Below, one piece after another: positions 55,996 to 64,000 of a stretch of 64,000 nucleotides of DNA. Source of the DNA: a virus (Duplodnaviria; Caudoviricetes); the IMG/VR virus record IMGVR_UViG_3300013121_000046; one strand, 5' to 3'. The stretch's first letter is position 1. Each line of letters begins with the position of its first letter. The notes under the pieces are model-generated. The model had not been told where the DNA came from. It did not search any database and saw only the letters and a program-made list of their open reading frames with translations. Position numbers and translations under genes: made by a program.

Positions 55996-56643
55996 TCAAG
56001 ATTTCCGAGATGAAAAACCTAGTCTAGTTACAGGACCTGTCTGTCCCGGTGTTTCTGGAAGAGTGACCACAGGAATGTAATCCAGATTTCTAAGAGCATC
56101 CCCTCCAGGGAATGTCGATACATATTGAGCCAAAGTCTGGGGAGCAAATACCCAACAATGAAGATCCCTAGTATGTCGCCTATTTACAACCTCCGCTAGT
56201 AGGGCTGGAGAAAAACTAGAGGGACTCTCAGAGAATCCGAAGCAAAGAAATAATAATGGGTACTCACTATAGACTTGCTCTTTCTTTTGTATACGATCAT
56301 CCACCAACTCTGAAGCAGAATCTATAAGCTTATATCTCTGTGTATCCTCTCGAAGCTTTGCAGAAATGATACTCTTAGCCATCGGTAAGCTTCCAATGAG
56401 TATCAACTGTTTAGCTTTCTGCTTAAACACTAACTCTCTAACGGGAGCATTGGCCCGGGGTACGTCATAAAATAGTCCCAGTCGTTGCTTTTTCACTAGT
56501 TCATTAGCACAGACGCACCTTTCCCATATCTTTCTAGTCACCTTTACCGGTTGATGCTTTCGATCAAAAATATCACACTCCACTAGCCTACAAACGTGAC
56601 CTAATCCTTGACAGACCTCACAAATATTCTCACTAGTACCCAT
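55996..56643 (-). CDS. Degenerate DnaC/DnaI-like helicase loader
   Basis: CEVCQG.G...CVC; Walker A and B eroded; EVVNRR; next to dnaB. Confidence 0.6.
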   Translation of the reverse strand: MGTSENICEVCQGLGHVCRLVECDIFDRKHQPVKVTRKIWERCVCANELVKKQRLGLFYDVPRANAPVRELVFKQKAKQLILIGSLPMAKSIISAKLREDTQRYKLIDSASELVDDRIQKKEQVYSEYPLLFLCFGFSESPSSFSPALLAEVVNRRHTRDLHCWVFAPQTLAQYVSTFPGGDALRNLDYIPVVTLPETPGQTGPVTRLGFSSRKS

Positions 56644-56644
56644 T

Positions 56645-58249
56645 TCAAAATTCCTGTATCTGCTTCAGCCGAGTAGCCTTTACACGAGTCTTAAACAGTT
56701 CCCGAGCAATATCTATCGGGGATACCTCAGAATCTGTCAAAGACATTTCTCCCCGACTAGCTAAGTTAGATAGTGATCCGAACTTAGCTGTAAGTACTGA
56801 ATCCACATATTCATCTAAAGAGTCTTCACAGCTTAAATGCCAAACGCAAATAAATGAGTGGTTCGAGCCAAACCTGCGAGCCCTACCTACCACCTGAGTG
56901 TACTGTCCGGGAGACCAAGGCCTGGAAATAAAGATCAAATGCTTGGCAACCTGCAAGTTCAACCCCTCTCCACCAGCGTCCGTCAACAAAATGATTTGTC
57001 TTTCCCCAGCCAAAAATTGACTTTTTGCTAGTTCTCTGCTCTTTTCTGAATCCTTTCCTGTAATACGAGCACATGAGAATTGATCCTTACATAGCTGTTC
57101 ATAATAGGCATCTATTGTATCAGAATAAGGACAATAACATATCACTTGTTCATCCACAATATCCTCCCTAAGTACGTCTAATAGAAGATCATACTTAGGA
57201 TTATTTTCGCTGTATTCTTTCTTAGGAGAATTCAATATCTGCTGTGCCTGAGATAGGATTGGTGCCACATCCTTTTCTTCCATATCTTTATCTAAGAGAC
57301 CCGCCTCAACTTTCTGATAGACTTCCCTATGATTCAACCCTATCTCACAAGTCCTAACCAACAGACTAATTTGAGGACGAGTCTTACCAATTTCCGTATC
57401 CATTCTTCCTAAGAATATGGGACTAATTCTTTCTCGATACTCCTCTAAATTTTTATACTTCAGAAATTTCTTAACCCAAACACCTTGAGGATGGTAGGTT
57501 GTTCTACCATTCCTACCTCGAAGATAGTAGGTTAACTCTTTCCCATATTCACAGTACAGAGATTCAAATACTTGCAATGAGCATAACTCGGGTACAAAAG
57601 CTGAGACAACAGCCTGAGCATTATGGGCTCGATTCTTTGCTAAGGTTGCCGTTAAGCCGTGTGCCCTATCGGCCAGAGCAATGATCTCCCCCCCAATCTT
57701 ATGCGTCTTTGTTCCGGGATTACCTAATTTTTGAGCCTCATCAAAAGTCACCTGAGTATTACATAACCAATCCACTCCATATCTTTCTTTGAAGACTTCC
57801 CAATTGAGTACCATCTGTGCCCAATTACTTATAAGAACACTACCTGGAGTGTTGACAAATTCTTCAAATATCTGTAGTCTCTGATGTTTGTTCAAGCTGA
57901 CTTGACTCTTAGATCGTAAAGCAAAAACATTAGCCTTGGGTATAAACCTAAGTATCTCTTCTTGCCACTGTTTAACTACAGACTTCGGTGTTATCACCCA
58001 TAGGCTGAGAGGGGGTAACCCTTTGTTTTGCCTATTCTGACTACACAATACCCAAGCAAATAACTCCTGAATGGTTTTTCCAGCCCCAACCGGATCACCT
58101 AGAATAAACACTTTCTGAGTAGAAAGATGGGCTACCCCAACTCGTTGGAATGGATACAGAACATACTCGGGATTCCAACACTCAGGCACCGGTAAATTTG
58201 GCGCATCCCCAGCAGTACGAATCTGACTTAACACTTCCGCTAAGCTCAT
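56645..58249 (-). CDS. SNF2-family helicase
   Basis: GDPVGAGKT, DEAQ, TAT, GGEGLNLQ, QVVGRARR. Confidence 0.9.
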   Translation of the reverse strand: MSLAEVLSQIRTAGDAPNLPVPECWNPEYVLYPFQRVGVAHLSTQKVFILGDPVGAGKTIQELFAWVLCSQNRQNKGLPPLSLWVITPKSVVKQWQEEILRFIPKANVFALRSKSQVSLNKHQRLQIFEEFVNTPGSVLISNWAQMVLNWEVFKERYGVDWLCNTQVTFDEAQKLGNPGTKTHKIGGEIIALADRAHGLTATLAKNRAHNAQAVVSAFVPELCSLQVFESLYCEYGKELTYYLRGRNGRTTYHPQGVWVKKFLKYKNLEEYRERISPIFLGRMDTEIGKTRPQISLLVRTCEIGLNHREVYQKVEAGLLDKDMEEKDVAPILSQAQQILNSPKKEYSENNPKYDLLLDVLREDIVDEQVICYCPYSDTIDAYYEQLCKDQFSCARITGKDSEKSRELAKSQFLAGERQIILLTDAGGEGLNLQVAKHLIFISRPWSPGQYTQVVGRARRFGSNHSFICVWHLSCEDSLDEYVDSVLTAKFGSLSNLASRGEMSLTDSEVSPIDIARELFKTRVKATRLKQIQEF

Positions 58250-59589
58250 GCCTGGTTAGGTCCTAACTCCGCTGAGATTAAGGCCTCTGCTAAACTAACA
58301 GGGAATCCCACTGGGAATAGTAAAGTCTGCTGCGGATGATACGGGGGTGTTTGAGTATAAACAGCATCCGGAAGATTTGCTGCCCGATTCACATCATTAA
58401 AAACATGGTGCGGACTGTGTACAGTGAAATCTACCTGAGGATTACCCACAGTTAGTGTGGTAGAACAAACTGTGGGATACTCATAACCCAAAGCGGCAGT
58501 AATAAAAACATCCCCAGAATCCAGAAAACTAGTTAGTTTAGCCTTACGTACTACCGTTTTATTTATACCCCTGGGTAAACCTAAAATAGGGCGGGGCGGC
58601 GAGACCACTAAATAGGCACAGGGAGAGATTATAGGTTCTCCATTTTCTCTTCTGGCCTGTAAAACTCTCAGATCCCCATACGTGTACATCAAAACCCGAG
58701 TACACCGGCTCAGTTTTCCAAGCCTCCCCCAAGCCAAATCATAATCTATAACCGTAGCTGCCTCAGCCAAACTTAATCCAGTAATATCCCGACCCGTCTC
58801 CGGAATAGTGACCGGGACTTTTTGAAAAACTTCTCGTAGATACTCAGCAAACTCATTCCTAGGAAAGAACCAATCCTCTGGGCCTAACCCAGAACCACTG
58901 TCCAAATTATACTGGAACAAGAAGGCATCGGACCAAGGAGCAACCCAAAACCTAGTTAAGTCAAAAGGGCCAATTCTCCCAAAGTCACCAGAGTACTCCG
59001 GAACATCTCGAACCGTAGTATAAATTTCATTTTCTGGCTGGAGGTCAGAGTAAGTATCATCTTGTCGATAATCTACGTCTTCATCTGTAGGATCGAATGC
59101 TGGTGATACACCAGGGAAAACACTTTCCCCTATCCCTTCCGAGCTATAATAGATCGTGGGAGGTGAACCTACGGTAGGGGGTGAACCACCTGAATCTGCC
59201 CCTTGGGTAGGGCTCCAAGCATTGACCCAATAGAAAAGCACATATCTGCCTGAGGTGGGATCAAATAGCAAGGTAGGATCGCTGGCTGACTCAAGATAGC
59301 TGGCAGCATGGGGAACCCCACCTTTTTGCCCATGTGTCAAACAAATTACCGGAATCTTACTTACCCCAGATTGCCTCTGACAGGTGTTCCACAAAGATAA
59401 TATTCTGGTACCAGCCCCATAAATAAACGGAGTTGTAGCTTGAGAAACTCTACAAAAAGGTAAAAGGTTATCCCCGGCCTCATCTACCAAAATATAGGGT
59501 TCTGTGGGGGTAGATAGAAAACTAACTCCCACAGAAAAATTCTCTCCGTTAACTGCTACTGTTGAAGATATTTTTCTAAATGTGGTCAT
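58246..59589 (-). CDS. Putative virion structural protein (paralogue 1)
   Basis: Shares PH...DP...YWVNAWSP, FD..RFW.AP and HSPH motifs with neighbour. Confidence 0.6.
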   Translation of the reverse strand: MTTFRKISSTVAVNGENFSVGVSFLSTPTEPYILVDEAGDNLLPFCRVSQATTPFIYGAGTRILSLWNTCQRQSGVSKIPVICLTHGQKGGVPHAASYLESASDPTLLFDPTSGRYVLFYWVNAWSPTQGADSGGSPPTVGSPPTIYYSSEGIGESVFPGVSPAFDPTDEDVDYRQDDTYSDLQPENEIYTTVRDVPEYSGDFGRIGPFDLTRFWVAPWSDAFLFQYNLDSGSGLGPEDWFFPRNEFAEYLREVFQKVPVTIPETGRDITGLSLAEAATVIDYDLAWGRLGKLSRCTRVLMYTYGDLRVLQARRENGEPIISPCAYLVVSPPRPILGLPRGINKTVVRKAKLTSFLDSGDVFITAALGYEYPTVCSTTLTVGNPQVDFTVHSPHHVFNDVNRAANLPDAVYTQTPPYHPQQTLLFPVGFPVSLAEALISAELGPNQA

Positions 59590-61046
59590 ATCGAAGTCCT
59601 ATCGCATTTCGCGGCTAAGACTTCAGAAAGAAAACAATCTACTGGATCCCCTAAGACAAAATCTGTGTGAGGACTGAACTGTCGGTATCCCGTAGAACCT
59701 ATACCTGAATATTCCAAGACACCCATCTGAAAAGAGGTTTCCGAGTAGTCCTGAGCCGGATACAGGACTCGATCCGGACTGGTCATAAACCTATAATTGG
59801 TACTTAGTTTATTCCAAAATATGGGTTTAGGATGCTCCAAGACTAAAACCTCTCTTACAGCACCAGTTAAAGGTAGTGCAGGCCAAGGGGGCCTGTCTGT
59901 AGTATCCCCAGGTATACTTAACTTTTTAGGCTCTATCTGAAAGCTTCCGGACTCTAATTTACCCCGGGCGTGCATCAAAACCGGAGTAGCCATAACCAAA
60001 GATCTATGGTCAACATGAGCCCTAAGGGCCTTTATACACACAGCAAAATCCTGAATCGTAGCCGTTTCAGGCAGGGTTTCTAGCTCACCAGGAAGTGAAA
60101 AAATCCCACCCCTAATTGGGGCAGTAGAATTCTCCTCCCCAGGTGCAGCAGGAGTGAACTCAGGAAAATCTTTAGCCGAAGCTAGCCTAAGATACTCCCC
60201 CGCTGCGACAATTCCGCCACGATAAACCCAGTTACTAGGATTCCCTTGACCGAACCCTAAAAAATCCCCACTAGTTAACTCCGGTTCTTCCGCTAAATTA
60301 TTAGGGTTTGGATAATCCAAGATACCTCTTCTTACCATATCCCGTAAAAGTCTACCTCCAGGAGAATCAGGAATTCTCTGTGGGCCATCCAACAGACTCT
60401 CCCCCCTAGTTAAACAATGGGGCCAACCAGGTAGAGCATCAAATAAATAGCCCTCAGAAAGTGGTGCAATCCAAAAGGGCCTACGTGGATCAAACTCTCC
60501 GGGTAACACATTGGGTGCTAAACTCTTAAAATACGGCATATTCCTTGGGTGCGGTACCCCATGTTCCATGTATTTATTTAATGGGGGTGCCGGGAGGGAT
60601 ACAGTCTGTAACTCCGGGGGGATAACATTCACTGAACCTGGCGGACTAGGAGTCTGTGATATCTCGACATAAGGAATCAACCAATCTGGACTCCAAGCGT
60701 TCCACCACCAATAGCAATGCACTGTCTCTGTGGCTCGATCAAAAGCAGCCGACACCTGCACGGCGTTGTGTAGCGGGTATACAAAGTGAGGAGCCGAGCC
60801 TAAGTCCCTACCCTTTACTAGAACCGGAACTATGTCTCGCCTACTCTGCTGCTCGGGAAAGGAAACACTAAATACCACTCTAGTCCCTAAGGGGACTACT
60901 TCTGTAATCCGATATTCCGGGAGTGACCCGTTCTCAGGAATAAAAACCGAAGGGGGGATTGAGTATGGTGCAGCTTCAGATAGCAGCACCACCGGGTCTC
61001 CACCCAGTCTACCTATTGCAGTAACGTTTTTTCCTACAACAGCCAT
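59586..61046 (-). CDS. Putative virion structural protein (paralogue 2)
   Basis: PHF...WWWNAWSP, FDPRRPFWIAP, FSPH. Confidence 0.6.
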   Translation of the reverse strand: MAVVGKNVTAIGRLGGDPVVLLSEAAPYSIPPSVFIPENGSLPEYRITEVVPLGTRVVFSVSFPEQQSRRDIVPVLVKGRDLGSAPHFVYPLHNAVQVSAAFDRATETVHCYWWWNAWSPDWLIPYVEISQTPSPPGSVNVIPPELQTVSLPAPPLNKYMEHGVPHPRNMPYFKSLAPNVLPGEFDPRRPFWIAPLSEGYLFDALPGWPHCLTRGESLLDGPQRIPDSPGGRLLRDMVRRGILDYPNPNNLAEEPELTSGDFLGFGQGNPSNWVYRGGIVAAGEYLRLASAKDFPEFTPAAPGEENSTAPIRGGIFSLPGELETLPETATIQDFAVCIKALRAHVDHRSLVMATPVLMHARGKLESGSFQIEPKKLSIPGDTTDRPPWPALPLTGAVREVLVLEHPKPIFWNKLSTNYRFMTSPDRVLYPAQDYSETSFQMGVLEYSGIGSTGYRQFSPHTDFVLGDPVDCFLSEVLAAKCDRTSI

Positions 61047-61049
61047 AAA

Positions 61050-64000
61050 TCACACAGGCCATAGGGGACGAATTCTTTTACCAACGGGGGTCATGGCATC
61101 AATGTTGGCATAATTTTCAGCTACATCAACATAACCTAGGCCCTTTGTACTCTCCACCACAGACACTGTTGCATTAAGATCCTCTCCGGGCACTATTTCC
61201 AATGTGTCCACATCAGTATTAGCAAGGTCACCTATAAAATTAACCGCAACTGAACTATTCGAGATTCCAGTTACCGTAGAATTTCCAACCCCTAAAATTG
61301 TGTCCAAGGCTGTCTGTAAAACAGTTACAGAGGCATTGACTTCAGTCTCATCGTATAGTAGGGGACCCGCCACCATATCTTGATACCTAACGTGATAACT
61401 CCCATACACGGAAGATCCCAGAAACTGAAGTTGCTGAAGGTTTCCAGTGATTCGTCGGATAGATACCTTTCCAGGAATAGCCGCCGCTGCTAACACTGAA
61501 AGATCCGGGCTACTCTCCAAAGTCGTCAGTAAATAGGACCCATCAGTCGATGGGTTGACTACTACGGCCCTAAATTGTGCTGCATAAGTCGAACTTAGAT
61601 TCATCGCGATAGGAGTACTGGCTGCTTGACGAATAGCCAACTGAATTTGTTCTGCAAAATAAATAGGATCAATCCCCTCCGCATAGGATATGGGTTCAGT
61701 CTTTACATCAATCAAAGGTCCTCCGGAGATAGCTCCGGTAAAGAGCTTTATTTTGAAAGTACCACTTCCATTAAGACTAGGAACTACTGTAAAAGTAATC
61801 GTCTGAACTTCAGTCTGATTCCTTAAATCCGGTAGTGACGGTTCTGGTTCCGGAGGCTCACCAGCATAGGGATCCTCTCGGTCGTCCACTAGATCAAAGA
61901 AATCACAAGGGTTACTAGTAGTCCAGTCTAAGGCGGGATTCCCTGTGTATGTGGCTTGGGGTATAGCCCTTAACAATGAGGCATTGAATTGCATCCCCGG
62001 AACTAAACTCGTAATCGGAGAGGGGTCCAACACTGCACTGTTAAATCCCGCCAGGGAGTATGGTGCTGAGCCTCCCAATACAGTATTTTCCCCCGAGTTT
62101 TCAGAACTTACCGGGGTAGGATAATCAAGAACTAAGTATGTTGCTGAGTGCTGAGTTGATTCGGCCTCTGGTATGGGTATACCACTAGTGTCAGTTTGAA
62201 CAGAACCACAAGTAATTGCGGGGACACCTAAAACTAACGTTAGCACTTTCCTAGTACAAAGACCCGTGGAAGTGTCTGTGACTTGAATCTGAAAAGCCCA
62301 GACTCCTGGAGAATTGGATACAGTTTCCGACTCTAATCCTATTCGTCCAGTGGTCGTATCCAGAGTTAGGCCTGAAGGTGGTATACCTTCTCCCTCGATA
62401 CTCCACACATAGGGCCCAGTACCATTTACAACTTCTGGGTGTAGCACAAAGATTGCTTCTTCACCCGAATCCACGACAAACTCTGAATCTAATTCTATGC
62501 GAAGAGGGGAGTCTACCGTATCTGGTATCTCACAAGGTAATTGTGTTGTCGGCTCCTCACTACCATAAATTCCCCCCAAAATTTCTATGTGTAAGGTCTT
62601 TTCGATTCCCACCCCCTGCGCATCTGTGATCTGTACCCGAAATAGAAAAGACCCAGATACATCGGGCCTACCATAGAAGAAACCAGAAGAATGCAAAAAT
62701 AACCCCGCAGGTACACCACCACCCTGTAAAACTTGATTTGCGTTCGGTAGTAAATCACCCGTAACAGGATCACTGTAATCAGACGCATCTCTAACTATAT
62801 CTGTTCCACCCAACTGCCTTAAACCGAAAGAGAATGGAGGTGTACCTCCCAAGGGTAAGAGCACCTGTCCGATCTCACCTTGAGTCAAAAGAAAGTATCC
62901 GGGTAAACCTAAACCTGGGACAGCAACTATCTCAGAATCAATTGCCTCTAGACGATTATCACCAGCGTACACTACCCACTGTATTCCGGGTCTTAGGTCC
63001 TCTAAACTTAGCCGCAACTGACCGAAGAAAGCCTCCCCTCTCGCAGAAGAAAATTCCTCAGTAACAGTCAGTAGTTCAATCTTCCCAGTCGCGAGCATTA
63101 AGGTCCTAGTGCTGACTCCGAGCGCCTGTACCTCTCTTTGCATATACAGATGGTTTGTGTGGGATTGCTGATCGGATTCTGCTAGATTTCTAAAACTTAC
63201 CAGATTTCCCCGATCTTGGATTGTCTCCATTGAGACATAGCCTGGTATCGGGGGGAGAGACAGATGGTGACCTTCCTCTTGGAGAGGGTCCCGTAATTTA
63301 CCTTCCGCTGTACCCCCAGCATTCAACGTCTTATCTAAGGAGAAGCGGTTAAACACTCCTGCGGGAGTGTGGGTGGGCGGATCACCTACTTCATGCCGAG
63401 CCGCCCCATACTGTGTTACTGCTGAGGAGTGTGGTTCAGAGGGGGGAACTGTCAAGCCAGCCCCCGTTGGTGTATCCCTATCGGGCTCTAATTGAAAAGG
63501 ATTCTCTAACCTCTTAAACACAATTAAAAGCTTACCACTTCCTTCCCAGCTAAGTATTATCTCCCCATAAAAAGTACTCCCTACCGAAATTTCTAGAGAC
63601 TGTGGCTCTAAGACAGTATTTACTACATAGGAAAAGGCCGTTACGGTCTGTACTTCCACGGCAAATTCTAAACCATACAGAAATGTTAGAACGTCTGATA
63701 TAGTATCTTGTATATGATCGCTATCCTCGGTGGATAGAAATACCTTACGGCTAATACTATTCAAAGTAAAAGTTACATCCCCACTTAAGGGATCCAAAAG
63801 ACTTGGAATAGGCGTAAACCTATTTTCCCACCACCAAACCAGTACCTCTTGTGTAACATTATTATATGTGACGTGCGGATCAATTACATTTCTTAAGTAA
63901 TGCACAATATGAGGAGAAGCCCCTGAAACTGTGTCCCGATCTCTAACTATTACTGGAGTAAAACTCTCATGGACACCAGAAATACTTTCAGAAAACCAAA
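61050..64000 (-). CDS. Large tail/baseplate-like protein with putative Ig (He_PIG-like) domains; 5' end outside window
   Basis: Frame open from 63905 to window end; GGTPPF, PAGL.L, GTGPYVWS, F.VQITD. Confidence 0.7.
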   Translation of the reverse strand, partial: WFSESISGVHESFTPVIVRDRDTVSGASPHIVHYLRNVIDPHVTYNNVTQEVLVWWWENRFTPIPSLLDPLSGDVTFTLNSISRKVFLSTEDSDHIQDTISDVLTFLYGLEFAVEVQTVTAFSYVVNTVLEPQSLEISVGSTFYGEIILSWEGSGKLLIVFKRLENPFQLEPDRDTPTGAGLTVPPSEPHSSAVTQYGAARHEVGDPPTHTPAGVFNRFSLDKTLNAGGTAEGKLRDPLQEEGHHLSLPPIPGYVSMETIQDRGNLVSFRNLAESDQQSHTNHLYMQREVQALGVSTRTLMLATGKIELLTVTEEFSSARGEAFFGQLRLSLEDLRPGIQWVVYAGDNRLEAIDSEIVAVPGLGLPGYFLLTQGEIGQVLLPLGGTPPFSFGLRQLGGTDIVRDASDYSDPVTGDLLPNANQVLQGGGVPAGLFLHSSGFFYGRPDVSGSFLFRVQITDAQGVGIEKTLHIEILGGIYGSEEPTTQLPCEIPDTVDSPLRIELDSEFVVDSGEEAIFVLHPEVVNGTGPYVWSIEGEGIPPSGLTLDTTTGRIGLESETVSNSPGVWAFQIQVTDTSTGLCTRKVLTLVLGVPAITCGSVQTDTSGIPIPEAESTQHSATYLVLDYPTPVSSENSGENTVLGGSAPYSLAGFNSAVLDPSPITSLVPGMQFNASLLRAIPQATYTGNPALDWTTSNPCDFFDLVDDREDPYAGEPPEPEPSLPDLRNQTEVQTITFTVVPSLNGSGTFKIKLFTGAISGGPLIDVKTEPISYAEGIDPIYFAEQIQLAIRQAASTPIAMNLSSTYAAQFRAVVVNPSTDGSYLLTTLESSPDLSVLAAAAIPGKVSIRRITGNLQQLQFLGSSVYGSYHVRYQDMVAGPLLYDETEVNASVTVLQTALDTILGVGNSTVTGISNSSVAVNFIGDLANTDVDTLEIVPGEDLNATVSVVESTKGLGYVDVAENYANIDAMTPVGKRIRPLWPV

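Noticed and set aside
34-63064. Plus-strand ORFs in the track (e.g. 34-345, 5540-5827, 9322-9531, 27029-27520)
   Set aside because: Antisense shadows of well-supported minus-strand genes or low-complexity repeats
1-64000. Stop-codon reassignment
   Set aside because: Conserved genes are full length in code 11, and TAG, TGA and TAA all end genes at sensible boundaries
1-64000. tRNA, rRNA, integrase or transposase genes
   Set aside because: None recognised by eye; a tRNAscan-SE run would confirm

Overview
A 64-kb slice of a large, probably lytic, tailed dsDNA phage (jumbo-like) in the standard genetic code. Almost all real genes lie on the minus strand and are tightly packed. The host is most plausibly a Planctomycete, inferred from a Planctomycete-type small DNA-binding protein at the left edge, CsrA and a GC-rich beta-helix/Ig gene. 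Modules: (i) beta-helix surface proteins co-transcribed with glycosyl/methyltransferases; (ii) recombination-repair (Cas4-like, Mre11, half-Rad50, RecA, RuvC, gp32-like SSB, Dda/RecD2, GroES); (iii) a second glycosylation cluster; (iv) probable internal head proteins; (v) two sigma-like factors; (vi) replication (split PolA, primase Zn finger, CsrA, DnaB, DnaC-like, SNF2); (vii) three paralogous virion proteins. The most unusual observations are a family-A polymerase split into two genes around an HhH glycosylase, a separate catalytically dead PolA paralogue, and a free-standing inactivated intein/LAGLIDADG gene coupled to recA. Several other intact pseudo-enzymes and an AT-rich divergent micropeptide/sRNA locus with an NrdR-box-like palindrome also stand out. 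All family calls come from motifs read by eye; no searches were run.
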